Assembly (NCBI GenBank): GCA_945860285.1
Contig: CAMAQB010000004.1
Span: 12,164 to 76,163 of the forward strand
Source: Akkermansia muciniphila
Lineage (GTDB): Bacteria; Verrucomicrobiota; Verrucomicrobiia; Verrucomicrobiales; Akkermansiaceae
DNA length: 64,000 nt
Direction of reading: 5' to 3'
Below the pieces are notes generated by a model that was given only the letters and a program-made list of their open reading frames with translations, had not been told where the DNA came from and made no database searches. Positions 1 through 9,936 of this stretch are shown here, piece by piece. How positions within the stretch are numbered: position 1 is the first letter of the stretch; every line of letters starts with the position of its first letter. A program made the translations under genes and the position numbers.

Positions 1-956
1 ATGACCAGCGTTTTTTCGCTAAGGTTGAGACGCTCGAGAGTTTCCAAAATCCGACCGACGCTCCAGTCGAGCTGATGAATGACATCGCCGCGCCAGCCGC
101 AGGTGCTGGTGCCCCGGAAGCGTGGGTGAGGAACCATCGGTTCGTGAATGTCATGGGTGGCGAACAGCAGGAAAAAAGGAGCGGACTTGTTCGCTTCGAT
201 GAAGCCGGTGGCCCGGGCGGTGATCGTGTCGGCGATGTCTTCGTCGACCCATCGTGCAGCCATGCCGCCGGTCATGAAACCGATGCGGGGGATGCCGTTG
301 ATCACGCTGTCCTTGTGGCCCGGGCCTCCCTGGATTTTCAGCTTCACCCCGGGGTCGGTCCCCGTCGGATCGGAGCCGATTTTTTTGCCAAAGCTGACCT
401 CGATCGGGTCGGCGGGATCGTACCTGTAAACGTCATGGTTTTCGACAAAAACGCAGGGCACACGATCTCCGGTGGCGGGAATCACGAATGCCTGGTCGAA
501 TCCCAGTTCCAGCGGGCCGGGAGCGAGTTTCTTGTTGAAGTCGGTGCTTGGAGGATTACCGAGGCCCAAGTGCCATTTGCCGATGACAGCGGTTTTGTAT
601 CCTGCCTGCTTGAGCATCGATGCCACCGTCGTGGTGCCTGGTTTGATCAGCGCAGGTTCGTCCCCGCGGGCGATGCCGGTTCCTGGCTGACGCCATGCGT
701 ATCGCCCCGTCAACAAGGCGTAGCGGGTGGGAGTGCAGACCGTCGCCGTCGAATGGGCATCGGTGAAACGCCTGCCGCCGCTGGCCAACTGGTCGAGGTG
801 GGGTGTTTTCACCTCGGTGGCGCCGTAGCAACCGAGGTCGCCATAGCCCACATCGTCGGAGATGATGTAAACGATGTTCGGTTTATCATCTGCTGCCGCG
901 AAGGCGTGGCACGACAGGATGATGCAGAGAGAAAAATGTCGGATGGTTGATTTCAT
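1..956 (-). CDS. Sulfatase (Cys-type), N-terminal ~318 aa; 3' end lies beyond window start
   Basis: Own translation of the minus strand from ATG at 956: MKSTIRHFSLCIILSCHAFAAADDKPNIVYIISDDVGYGDLGCYG...HSTATVCTPTRYALLTGRY. It shows a signal peptide, the DD metal site and the C-x-P-x-R formylglycine motif. The frame is open to position 1, so it is absent from the ORF track. Confidence 0.85.
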   Translation of the reverse strand, partial: MKSTIRHFSLCIILSCHAFAAADDKPNIVYIISDDVGYGDLGCYGATEVKTPHLDQLASGGRRFTDAHSTATVCTPTRYALLTGRYAWRQPGTGIARGDEPALIKPGTTTVASMLKQAGYKTAVIGKWHLGLGNPPSTDFNKKLAPGPLELGFDQAFVIPATGDRVPCVFVENHDVYRYDPADPIEVSFGKKIGSDPTGTDPGVKLKIQGGPGHKDSVINGIPRIGFMTGGMAARWVDEDIADTITARATGFIEANKSAPFFLLFATHDIHEPMVPHPRFRGTSTCGWRGDVIHQLDWSVGRILETLERLNLSEKTLV

Positions 957-984
957 GATCGATGGTGACATACGCGGTGGGGAT

Positions 985-2445
985 TCATTTGCGGAGTCTG
1001 CGGGGTCGGGAATTGGGTGATTCGTACGCATCAAACACCTCGCCGTGGCCCAGCGCGCGGGGGTCGTTTTGTGTTTTCAATTCCGCCATTAGCTTTTCCC
1101 GCAGGGCGGTTGTTTTGTTGGAAAATTTCGGATCGTCGGCAAGATTGGTCATGCAGTCCTGATCTTTGCTGACTTGAAACAACATCTGCTGCGGACGTTT
1201 GCCGAAGGCCTGCTGCCAGGCGATGCTGTCATGGTCGAGGTTCACGATCCACGACTTCGTGGGTCCGTTGTCGCTGTCCATGAAATTGCTTTCGGGGTCT
1301 CCGCAGGGCCAGCGTTCGGGGGTGAAATTGAGCACGTAAAAGAATTCCCCTTCGCGGATCGCCCGCACCGGGTAGCCGAGGCCCGAGTGCGAACCGGGGC
1401 GAACGTTTGTGTCGTTGCGCTCGCGGCCGACAATCACAAATGATCTAACGGATTTCGCTTCGCCGCGCAGGAGATCGGTGAAACTCCGACCGCTGAGCGG
1501 CGACATGCCCTTGGCGGCTCCATCCAGTGCGAAGAGTTCGAGCAGGGTGGGTGCCAGGTCGATGAAGTTGATGAAATCACCGATGCGGCGTGGCGACCCC
1601 AATTTTCCAGAGGGATGGCTGACAACGAAGGGCACGCGATGAGCATCCGGGAAGGTATGACCCTTCACACGCGGAAAGGGCATGCCGTGGTCGGAAGTGA
1701 CAATGACCATGGTGTCCTTCCGGTGCCCGCTTTGCTCCAGAGCCGCGATCAACGACCCCACTTGATCATCGAAGGCCTCGACTTCAACCGCGTAGTCGAG
1801 CATGTCGCCGCGCACGGTTTCGCAATCGGGCCAATAGGCTGGCACGTGGCCGATATCTTCGAGCTTTTTGCCTGCGGCGATTCCGGCTCCCTCTTTGTAG
1901 GGTCGGTGTGGATGGTGACTGCCGAACCAGAAAAAGAACGGTTTGTCGCGGGCGCGGGATGTGAGAAATGTGGCCAGAGCCTCACCTGGGGATTTGCCCG
2001 CGCCGGCCCCAAGGGAAAAATTGCGTGGCTTGCCCTCGGTTGTTATCGCCATGCCCGGCCCCCATGTTTTTCCGGTACTGCCGCAGACCACGCCCGATTG
2101 TGCGAGCGCTTCGGTGAAGGCCATGAACTTCGGCGGGAACAACGGTTGATGGTTGGCGGCATCCTCGAGTTGCCATGGATAGCGGCCGGTCAGGATGGCC
2201 GCGCGCGACGGCGCGCACTTGGCGGTCGGGGTGTAAACGTTGTCAAAAACCAACCCCTCCGCGGCCAGCTTGTCGATGTTCGGAGTTTTGATCCATTTGC
2301 CGCCGTAGGTGTTGCCGAAATTGGCGGAGCAGTCGTCGGCGATGATGAACAGCACCTTGCACGGCGTTGCGGCTTCAGCAGAAGCAGCGAGAAAGGTGCC
2401 GGTGATGTAGAGCACCAGAAGGATTGATTGGCGTATCACAATCAT
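985..2445 (-). CDS. Sulfatase (Cys-type)
   Basis: FIIADDCSANFGNTYGG...TPTAKCAPSRAAILTGRYPW (C-x-P-x-R) and TSDHGMPFPRVKGH. Start moved to ATG 2445 (MIVIRQSILLVLYITGTFLAASAEA signal peptide). This removes the overlap with the neighbouring gene whose stop is at 2460. Confidence 0.85.
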   Translation of the reverse strand: MIVIRQSILLVLYITGTFLAASAEAATPCKVLFIIADDCSANFGNTYGGKWIKTPNIDKLAAEGLVFDNVYTPTAKCAPSRAAILTGRYPWQLEDAANHQPLFPPKFMAFTEALAQSGVVCGSTGKTWGPGMAITTEGKPRNFSLGAGAGKSPGEALATFLTSRARDKPFFFWFGSHHPHRPYKEGAGIAAGKKLEDIGHVPAYWPDCETVRGDMLDYAVEVEAFDDQVGSLIAALEQSGHRKDTMVIVTSDHGMPFPRVKGHTFPDAHRVPFVVSHPSGKLGSPRRIGDFINFIDLAPTLLELFALDGAAKGMSPLSGRSFTDLLRGEAKSVRSFVIVGRERNDTNVRPGSHSGLGYPVRAIREGEFFYVLNFTPERWPCGDPESNFMDSDNGPTKSWIVNLDHDSIAWQQAFGKRPQQMLFQVSKDQDCMTNLADDPKFSNKTTALREKLMAELKTQNDPRALGHGEVFDAYESPNSRPRRLRK

Positions 2446-2459
2446 CGTTTCAGCACTTG

Positions 2460-4130
2460 TCAGGGTTTGAAGTGAACGCCGGCACTTTTGGCCCACTCGG
2501 TCCACAACAATTTCAGTTCCTCGCATTTTTTTGGATTCGACGCGGCAAGATCGTTTTGTTCGCAGGGATCATCGGCGAGATTGTAGAGTTCCCACGTGAC
2601 CGGTTCCGGCTGGCGTTTGCCCCAGACGATTTTCCAGTCGCCCTTGCGCAGGCCGCGGGCGCCCTGATGTTCGGTCGGGATGATCCGCTCCGGCACGGAC
2701 TGGCCATGAATCGCGGGGAGCAGGGACACGCCGGACAAAGGCAGGAGGGCAAGGTCATTTCTTTTGGCAGGGTAGGGGATGTCAGCCGCCGCGGCGATCG
2801 TGGGCAGCAGGTCCATGACATGGGCCGGGCTGGTGATCCAACCGGCGCGCGGCTTGAAACCGGCGGGCCATTGGATCAGCAGCGGTGAACTGATGCCGCC
2901 CTCGTGACAAAAATGTTTGTACATGTTGAGCGGCGTGTTGCACAGGTTGGCCCATCCGGAGCCGTAGGCGTGGTCCGAACCCTTCTGACCCATGGCATCC
3001 AGAGCGGCCCCGGTGTGGAGGGTCGTTTTGCCCGCTCGCGATGGTCCATCGAACCCGAATGGCCCCCATTCGTAACAGGCACCGTTGTCGCTGGTGAAAA
3101 CGATCATCGTATTGGCGAGTTCGCCGTTTTTTTCCAGATCCGCCATGATGCGGCCGATGCCGGTGTCAATGTGTTCGACCATCGCCGCGAAGACGGCCAT
3201 GCGATGGGCCAGGTCCTCGCGTCGGTCCGCGGGCAGTGTCGCCCACCCGGGGTTGGGTTTGCCCGAATAGCCGTTGGCGATTTCCTCTGGTTCCACCGGC
3301 ACCTGTGAGAGCGGTGGCAGGGCGGTTGATGCTGGGATCAGTCCTGATTTTTTCATGCGCTCCAGTCGTTCCGCGCGCAACACGTCCCAGCCCTTTCGAT
3401 AGATTTCGAGGTATTTTTCCATCGTCTTCCGTGGTGCCTGCACCGGGAAGTGCGGCGAGGAATGCGCGAGGTAGAGAAACCACGGCTTCTTCGCACCCCG
3501 TGCCTGTTTGAGAAACTCCAGCGCATAGTCGGTGAAGACATCGGTGGCATAGAATGTCGCGGGCGACAACTCGGCGGGAGTCCCCTGGGGAAGCCTGACA
3601 TACCCCGCGGGGCTCCATTGATCCTCGGCGTAGGAATTGAAATTACGATATCCATAGTACTGATCGAACCCCCGTTCGATGGGGCCCGGGGTTCCCATGT
3701 GCCACTTGCCTGTAATCCATGTCGTGTAGCCGGCCGACTTGAGCAGCTCGGCGATGGTGATATTGTTGTCGAGCAGGTGTCCGGTGTAGGCGGGTCCAAG
3801 ACCAGGTGAAGGTTTGGGTTGGGTGAAGGAGCCGATGCCCGCCTCGTGGGGATGCAGTCCGGTCATCAGCGAGGCGCGGGTGGGACAGCAGCGCGCGGAA
3901 TTGTAACACTTGGAAAAACGCACGCCCGCCGCGGCGATTTTGTCGAGGTTGGGTGTGGCGATTTCACCGCCGTAGCAGGAGAGGTCCGAGTAGCCGAGGT
4001 CGTCGGCGAGAACGATCAGCACATTCGGTTTCTCGGCGGAATGGCATGGCACGATGCCCGCATACGCGACAGCGAGGGCTGCGACGGCTGACTTGATGAT
4101 GCTCACTGGATCAACGACTGGAATTTTCAT
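2460..4130 (-). CDS. Arylsulfatase (Cys-type)
   Basis: LIVLADDLGYSDLSCYGGEIATPNLD...SARCCPTRASLMTG and FTSDNGA. Signal-like N-terminus from ATG 4130 (MKIPVVDP...); the track start 4145 is also possible. Confidence 0.85.
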   Translation of the reverse strand: MKIPVVDPVSIIKSAVAALAVAYAGIVPCHSAEKPNVLIVLADDLGYSDLSCYGGEIATPNLDKIAAAGVRFSKCYNSARCCPTRASLMTGLHPHEAGIGSFTQPKPSPGLGPAYTGHLLDNNITIAELLKSAGYTTWITGKWHMGTPGPIERGFDQYYGYRNFNSYAEDQWSPAGYVRLPQGTPAELSPATFYATDVFTDYALEFLKQARGAKKPWFLYLAHSSPHFPVQAPRKTMEKYLEIYRKGWDVLRAERLERMKKSGLIPASTALPPLSQVPVEPEEIANGYSGKPNPGWATLPADRREDLAHRMAVFAAMVEHIDTGIGRIMADLEKNGELANTMIVFTSDNGACYEWGPFGFDGPSRAGKTTLHTGAALDAMGQKGSDHAYGSGWANLCNTPLNMYKHFCHEGGISSPLLIQWPAGFKPRAGWITSPAHVMDLLPTIAAAADIPYPAKRNDLALLPLSGVSLLPAIHGQSVPERIIPTEHQGARGLRKGDWKIVWGKRQPEPVTWELYNLADDPCEQNDLAASNPKKCEELKLLWTEWAKSAGVHFKP

Positions 4131-4265
4131 GGTTGTGCCCACCATTCATAGCGCAGGTTTCGAGACCGATACAACCCCTATTATGACAATGCGTGCCGAA
4201 CGAATGGCGATGATCGGCTGAAATTGGTGAAAAAAGCCTGCGAATGCCCGAGTATGTATGGAACC

Positions 4266-5216
4266 ATGAACCGCAAAACTCTTGTCGCCTCGTTGTTTGT
4301 TTTATCCCTGTCCCCGATTGCCGTGGAGGGCAAGGACAGCGTCTGGACCGATCCCGCCAAAGCCACTGCGGAAAGTTCCGATTTTTTGATCCAGGGTGAA
4401 TACACCGGCAAACTCGGCGATGCCAAGGTTGGGGTGCAGTTGGTCGCCGAGGGGGCGGGCAAGTTCGCGGTGGTTTACTACCCGGGTGGATTGCCCGGCG
4501 ACGGTTTCAGTGGCGACAAAGCCACCCGCATCAAAGGCAAGGCGGACGCGGAAAAAGTCACCCTGCCCGACATGAGTGCCACGTTGAAGGACGGCAAGAT
4601 GGTTTTTAAAAACGGCAGCTTGAGCAAAGTGGAGCGCAAGAGCCCGACTCTCGGTGCTGCGGCTCCGAAAGGTGCCGTGGTCCTTTTCGACGGAAAAAAC
4701 GGCGATGCTTTTGACAAAGGAGTGCTGGATGGCGACATGCTTTGTCAGGGAATCAACACCAAGCAGAAGTTCCAGAGCTTCCAGTTGCATGTTGAATTCA
4801 AGATTCCCTTCATGCCCGAGGCCCGCGGACAGGGCCGCGGCAACAGCGGTTGTTATTTGCAAAGCCGCTATGAGTGCCAGATGCTCGACAGTTTCGGGCT
4901 CGAAGGCGAGACCGACGAGTGCGGCGGCTTCTACAAGATCAAGACGCCTGATTTCAACATGGCCTATCCGCCGCTTGCCTGGCAGACTTACGACATCGAT
5001 TTCACCGCCGCCACCTTTGATGCGTCTGGCAAGAAAACAGCGAATGCGACAGCGGTTGTGAAGCACAATGGCGTATTGATCCACAAGGGCATCGAACTTC
5101 CCCATGCGACCACCGCCTCGCCGTTGGGCGAGGGCCCCGAGCCTGGTCCGCTGCACTTGCAGGATCATGGCAATCCGGTGCGCTACCGCAACATCTGGAT
5201 TGTTGAGAAGAAATAA
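4266..5216 (+). CDS. DUF1080 (3-keto-disaccharide hydrolase-like) domain protein, secreted
   Basis: C-terminal HLQDHGNPVRYRNIWIVEK and the preceding beta-rich region are typical of DUF1080. Signal peptide MNRKTLVASLFVLSLSPIAVEG runs from ATG 4266; the track start 4224 is TTG. Confidence 0.7.
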   Translation: MNRKTLVASLFVLSLSPIAVEGKDSVWTDPAKATAESSDFLIQGEYTGKLGDAKVGVQLVAEGAGKFAVVYYPGGLPGDGFSGDKATRIKGKADAEKVTLPDMSATLKDGKMVFKNGSLSKVERKSPTLGAAAPKGAVVLFDGKNGDAFDKGVLDGDMLCQGINTKQKFQSFQLHVEFKIPFMPEARGQGRGNSGCYLQSRYECQMLDSFGLEGETDECGGFYKIKTPDFNMAYPPLAWQTYDIDFTAATFDASGKKTANATAVVKHNGVLIHKGIELPHATTASPLGEGPEPGPLHLQDHGNPVRYRNIWIVEKK

Positions 5217-5221
5217 GCCAC

Positions 5222-6577
5222 TCAGCGCGCGGCCGTTTTCAATTCGGCAAAGCGGGCGCGCATCTCGGTCAGGATCCTCGCCCTCTTCGGATCACCGATG
5301 ATGTCATTTTCCTCCAGGGGATCGTTGACGAGGTCGAAGAGTTGTTCCACGTTGAAATCCGGCCAATAGAGGTATTTCATGTCTTTTCTAACAAGTGCCT
5401 CCGAGGCCGGGATGAAGTCCTTGCTCTGGTGGGTTCCGTGTTCATAGAAGAATTCGCTGCGCCACACGGGTTTTTTCAAGGCAAGGTAGAGCGGCGACAG
5501 ATTCTGACCCTGCATTCGCGGCGGCGCGGCAATGCCCGCGGCCGCGAGAACGGTCGGGGCGATGTCGACATTCAGCGCAAAATCATCGTTGGTGCCGCCC
5601 GCTTTGGTTTTCGGCAGACGTGGGTCGCGGACGATCAGGGGTACGCGGATGCTCTCCTCGTAGGGGTACCATTTGTCGGCCAAGCCATGCTCGCCGTGAA
5701 AGTAACCATTGTCGCCGGTGAAAATCACCATTGTGTTTTCCAACATGTTTTGTTTTTTCAGCTCGTCGAGCACCCGACCGCAAGTCGCATCAACTTCACT
5801 CGCCAGTCGGTAGTAATTCTTCATCATGCTCTGGTATTTCTCCGGGGTGTCGAAACGCCAGTGCCAGCGGTGGCGGCTTTCGTTTTTCTCACTGATCAGA
5901 AAGGGCGGCAGTTTGTGATACGCTTCGTCGGTTGCGGTTTTGGGAATGGGAATGGCGGTATCCTTGTAGAGTTCCATGCTTTGCGGTTGGGGCAGATACT
6001 GCAAGGGGTTGCCGTCCTCCGCGTGGGTGGCGAAAAAGGCCAGGGTCAGGCAGAATGGTTTATCGGTCGGTCTGCTGCCAAGAAACTCCAGGGCGTCGTT
6101 CTGATTCTTCTGTGTGACGTGGATTTTCACCCCGTCCGGCCCGGTCATCCAGTGGGTTCCGCTGTAGGCGCGACCGAAGTCGTAATTCTCTTTCGGAAAC
6201 GCGCCGTTGTGCCACTTGCCGATGTGTCCGACGTAATATCCATGGCGCCTCAGCAATCCCGGATAGGTTTCGGCCCAGGGTGTCTTGAACGGATTCATGG
6301 CGACATTGCCGTGGCGCGACATCCATTGGCCGGTCATCAGCGAGGCGCGGCTGACGCCGCAGATCGAAGTGGTCACGCAGGCGTGGGTGAATCGAGTGCC
6401 TTCCTTGGCGAGTTGATCGAGCCGGGGTGTCTTCACAACCGGGTTGCCCGCGCAGCCCAGGGTGTCGAAGCGCCAGTCATCGGCTTGAAGGATCAGAATG
6501 TTCAGCGGTCGGTCCGCCGGAGCGGCGGAAAGGTGACAGGGGAGGAGAAGCAGCAGATGGAGCAGGAGATGTCTCAT
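5222..6577 (-). CDS. Sulfatase family protein with variant C-G-V-S-R active-site motif
   Basis: [32 protein letters not shown]...[15 protein letters not shown] and [13 protein letters not shown]. Signal peptide from ATG 6577 ([19 protein letters not shown]). Confidence 0.8.
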   Translation of the reverse strand: MRHLLLHLLLLLPCHLSAAPADRPLNILILQADDWRFDTLGCAGNPVVKTPRLDQLAKEGTRFTHACVTTSICGVSRASLMTGQWMSRHGNVAMNPFKTPWAETYPGLLRRHGYYVGHIGKWHNGAFPKENYDFGRAYSGTHWMTGPDGVKIHVTQKNQNDALEFLGSRPTDKPFCLTLAFFATHAEDGNPLQYLPQPQSMELYKDTAIPIPKTATDEAYHKLPPFLISEKNESRHRWHWRFDTPEKYQSMMKNYYRLASEVDATCGRVLDELKKQNMLENTMVIFTGDNGYFHGEHGLADKWYPYEESIRVPLIVRDPRLPKTKAGGTNDDFALNVDIAPTVLAAAGIAAPPRMQGQNLSPLYLALKKPVWRSEFFYEHGTHQSKDFIPASEALVRKDMKYLYWPDFNVEQLFDLVNDPLEENDIIGDPKRARILTEMRARFAELKTAAR

Positions 6578-6640
6578 GATGGATTGCGAGGTATTCTCTG
6601 AGTCTAGTTCAATTGGCACGGATGTAAACCACGTGGTTTT

Positions 6641-7300
6641 CTAACGACCGCGTTGCAAGGGATGTCCGGCTTTTGCCTTGGTGACATGGGGTGGTTTGAG
6701 GTAGACCGGCTGCACGGGCCTGCTGGCGTGGAAGGATTTCTCCTCCTCGTCCAGCGCGCGCCAGCATTGCCACAATCGGCCAGCGCTGGGGGTTTCCCGG
6801 GCGATGGTTCTGGCGAAGGTTGCGGGATCGATTTCATCAAGGGAAAACACGCAGGGTTCGGAATGTGCGATCATCGCACGCATTTCCTCCAAACCGCCCA
6901 TCACGGGGTCGCCCGAACTTTTGCCTGCGGTGATCTCCGCCCACCACCAGTCGCCGCGGCGGGCATCGCCAATCGCCAGGCACCGGGATCGTTCCCTCGC
7001 CGGCACGGTGGCAAGAAACGAGGGCAGTCCGATCATCGGGCAGTTGTGTGCGATGGCGAGTCCCTGGGCGACGGCGATGCCCACCCGGGTGCCGCTGTAA
7101 CTGCCGGGTCCGGTGCCGACGATGATGGCACCGATGTCGCCGGGCACAAGTGCCGCTGTGATCTGCTCCAACGGATCGAAAATGTCACAATTGTGGCAGC
7201 GCTCGCTGAAGAAGCTTTCCTCGTGCCACTGCCCGTCGAAAAGTCCAATGCTTCCTTGCGGGGTTGAGGTTTCGATCAATAAAGTGGCAGTACTGCTCAT
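6641..7300 (-). CDS. tsaB: tRNA threonylcarbamoyladenosine (t6A) biosynthesis protein TsaB
   Basis: MSSTATLLIETSTPQGSIGLFDG...IIVGTGPGSYSGTRVGIAVAQGLA is the YeaZ/TsaB signature. Start set at ATG 7300; the 261-aa track ORF carries a non-homologous N-terminal extension. Confidence 0.75.
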   Translation of the reverse strand: MSSTATLLIETSTPQGSIGLFDGQWHEESFFSERCHNCDIFDPLEQITAALVPGDIGAIIVGTGPGSYSGTRVGIAVAQGLAIAHNCPMIGLPSFLATVPARERSRCLAIGDARRGDWWWAEITAGKSSGDPVMGGLEEMRAMIAHSEPCVFSLDEIDPATFARTIARETPSAGRLWQCWRALDEEEKSFHASRPVQPVYLKPPHVTKAKAGHPLQRGR

Positions 7301-7424
7301 CTGGCGGGAATTATGCAGAAATCCGCAAAAATGGCAAACTTCCAGCTTTTTTCCTTTCTGCGTGTTTCTCCCTTGCTTAGTGCAACGGCAAACGCTTTCT
7401 TTTCCACATAATTTTTTTCCAAAC

Positions 7425-8555
7425 ATGAGTATTTACGCAAAAGGTCTGGAAGGCGTGATCGCCAATGAGTCCGCACTTTCGAATGTCGAGGGTGCCGAGG
7501 GTCGCTTGAGTTATCTTGGCTACAGCATCGATGATTTGGTCGAGCATTGCACCTTCGAGGAAGTCACGCATTTGCTTCATCACGGTCATCTGCCGAATCG
7601 GGCGGAATTGGGCGAGTTGGAGAAGGAACTGCGCACGGACCGCGAGCTGCCCCGGGGGGTGATTGATTTTCTGAAGTCCACACCGAAAGACGCCAATCCG
7701 ATGGATGTGGTGCGCACGGCGGTTTCGATGCTCGGCATCTACGACAAACGGGCAAAGACCGGTGATCCGGACCTGGCGCTTGACGCGAAAATCGCCCTGT
7801 CGCTGGTGGCTAAAACGCCGGTAATCGTCGCCGCATTTCACCGCTTTCGCCAGGGGCTGGAACTTCCCCCGATCCGCACCGATCTTGCCGAAGCGGCTCA
7901 TTTCCTTTATCTGATCAATGGCGAAGTTCCTTCGCAAAAAATGGCGAACATCCTCGATGTGGCCTACACCCTGCACGCGGACCACGGCATGAACGCTTCG
8001 ACCTTCTCGGCGCGTGTGACCGTGGCCACCCTGTCGGATTTTTATTCCGCCGTCACTTCCGCCATCGGCACTCTCAAAGGTCCGCTTCACGGCGGGGCCA
8101 ACGAGGGGGTGATTCACATGCTGGAGGAAATCGGCGAGCTTTCGCGGGTGGATGCCTATGTGGAGGGAAAACTGGCGCGCAAGGAAAAAATCATGGGCAT
8201 CGGTCACAGGGTTTACAAGGTGCTCGATCCGCGCGCCCCGCATTTGCGGAAGCTGGCGATCGAACTCACTGCGGAACTCGGTGAGCCGAAGTGGATCCAG
8301 ATGTCCGAGCGCATCGCGGAAATCATGCGCGAAGGCAAGGGGCTGAATGCGAATGTCGATTTCTACTCCGCCACCGTCTATCATTCGCTGAACATACCCA
8401 CCGATTTGTTCACGCCGATTTTCGCCATTGCCCGCATGTCCGGCTGGACCGCCCAGGTTCTTGAACAGCTGCGCGACAACCGCTTGTATCGCCCGTTGAC
8501 ACTCTATACCGGGCCCAAGGAATTGAGCAAGGTGTCGCCGATCAACGAACGTTGA
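7425..8555 (+). CDS. gltA: Citrate synthase (short, ~376 aa type)
   Basis: MSIYAKGLEGVIANESALSNVEGAEGRLSYLGYSIDDL..., HADHGMNASTF, GPLHGGANE, GIGHRVYKV.DPR. The track ORF begins at GTG 7113 inside tsaB, so the start was moved to ATG 7425. Confidence 0.9.
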   Translation: MSIYAKGLEGVIANESALSNVEGAEGRLSYLGYSIDDLVEHCTFEEVTHLLHHGHLPNRAELGELEKELRTDRELPRGVIDFLKSTPKDANPMDVVRTAVSMLGIYDKRAKTGDPDLALDAKIALSLVAKTPVIVAAFHRFRQGLELPPIRTDLAEAAHFLYLINGEVPSQKMANILDVAYTLHADHGMNASTFSARVTVATLSDFYSAVTSAIGTLKGPLHGGANEGVIHMLEEIGELSRVDAYVEGKLARKEKIMGIGHRVYKVLDPRAPHLRKLAIELTAELGEPKWIQMSERIAEIMREGKGLNANVDFYSATVYHSLNIPTDLFTPIFAIARMSGWTAQVLEQLRDNRLYRPLTLYTGPKELSKVSPINER

Positions 8556-9897
8556 TCGGAGTCATAACACCGCATCTCAGCAGGTCTTCCTGCATGCGCG
8601 TGCTCCGCAAGGCCGTTATTTCCGGCGGCAGTATCGCAAGATCTTCCTGTTCGACGACTGCAAGCGCCAGCAGGTCGATTTCGTTTTTTTTCAGGATTCG
8701 CAAGAATTCCGCGCGACTGTCCGACCATCCCGTGAAGACGCAGATGCACGCCGCCAGCTCGGCACTGTGAGCGCTTGCCAGCCGCGCGAGAGACGAAAAA
8801 TCTTCCACCGGGGTGATTGTCACTGCCGCGAGTGCTTCGAGAAGTTTCACTGAATCCGCCAGTCCTTTTCCCGCGGTAATGACTTTGTTGTGGCCCCCCA
8901 ACAAGATCAAGTCGAGCATTGCATCCTCGCCATCGATCGCCGCTACAAAGGAGGCGGCCACGGACACCGCTTCCTCGAATGCCTGATTGCGTCCTGCCGC
9001 AGCGAAGGTATCGAGGATCAGGGCGTAACGGGGAAAACGCATGTCCTCGACCTCTTTGATAATCGGTCTGCCGGTCTTGGCCCATGATTTCCAATGGATC
9101 AGCCGCGGCGGGTCGCCGCTGCGGTATTCGCGCAACGCGGTGAACTCCCCCGTGTTGCCGTTTTGACGCGACGCGGCATCGTCGCCTGCTTGATAATGCG
9201 CCGAACCCGGCAGGTTGAGTGCGGGAAGACGATAGCGCCGCGGCAACACAGCCACATGTGCGGGGGCGGCAGCCACCTTGCGGGCACGCTGGAAAAAGTG
9301 GAGAGGATCGGGCAACAACACGCGCAAGTCATCGAGCTCGATCATTCCTCGTCTGCGCGGTGTCAGCACCATGTTCACACGGCTCCCGCCCGCTGCCGGG
9401 ACGGTGATGACCGCGCTGCCGACACCCTGATCGAACGATTTGTTTCTTTCCACCAGCCACTGCCAGCGGTGATAGGCGAACAACCGGTCAAACGTGTTGC
9501 GCTGAGCCTCCGCAGGTTCCCGTTCGTGCAGGAAACTTTCCCGGTCAGGACGCGGGTCTGCGGGCGATTCCATGAGCTTGCAATCGGGTACATCTCCTCC
9601 CTCATTGATGAGCGTGATATGATAATGAAAAGGCGTTCCAGCCGAGGCATGCGGTGGCACCTGGCGCACGGCGCTCAGCCTCGCTCGTCGCGACCAGGCC
9701 CAGATCAAGGTCAGCGCAGCCAGTCCCACGGGGAGGGCGAAAAATTGATAGAGCGGGCGAATCGGACTGCCCATCAGCATTGTCGCGCTGACCACCGCGG
9801 CGATGATCACCCCCCATCCGGCGGGCAGTATTCTGCGCATCAGGAAATGTTTCAGCGCCTCACTCTGGTGATAGGATCGATAAAGATACCGGAGCAT
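8542..9897 (-). CDS. DUF58 domain-containing protein (vWA-like, MoxR-associated family)
   Basis: EFTALREYRSGDPPRLIHWKSWAKTGRPIIKEVED is the DUF58 hallmark. Two N-terminal hydrophobic helices. The 3' end overlaps the convergent citrate synthase stop by 14 nt. Confidence 0.7.
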   Translation of the reverse strand: MLRYLYRSYHQSEALKHFLMRRILPAGWGVIIAAVVSATMLMGSPIRPLYQFFALPVGLAALTLIWAWSRRARLSAVRQVPPHASAGTPFHYHITLINEGGDVPDCKLMESPADPRPDRESFLHEREPAEAQRNTFDRLFAYHRWQWLVERNKSFDQGVGSAVITVPAAGGSRVNMVLTPRRRGMIELDDLRVLLPDPLHFFQRARKVAAAPAHVAVLPRRYRLPALNLPGSAHYQAGDDAASRQNGNTGEFTALREYRSGDPPRLIHWKSWAKTGRPIIKEVEDMRFPRYALILDTFAAAGRNQAFEEAVSVAASFVAAIDGEDAMLDLILLGGHNKVITAGKGLADSVKLLEALAAVTITPVEDFSSLARLASAHSAELAACICVFTGWSDSRAEFLRILKKNEIDLLALAVVEQEDLAILPPEITALRSTRMQEDLLRCGVMTPINVR

Positions 9898-9936
9898 GGT
9901 TGGGAGATGCCAAGGAAGATTGACTTCGATCTCCTG

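Noticed and set aside
75-950. 291-aa plus-strand ORF at the window start
   Set aside because: It lies antisense to a clear sulfatase frame (signal peptide, DD, CTPTR) and its own translation has no recognisable features. It is a high-GC shadow ORF.
5342-6601. 419-aa plus-strand ORF
   Set aside because: It is antisense to the sulfatase at 5222-6577. Its Arg/Gly/Val-rich composition is typical of shadow frames in GC-rich DNA.
7332-7347. Second sigma-54-like string TGGCAAACTTCCAGCT between tsaB and gltA
   Set aside because: The GG/GC spacing fits, but the -12 element is CAGC rather than TTGC. It is too weak to call.
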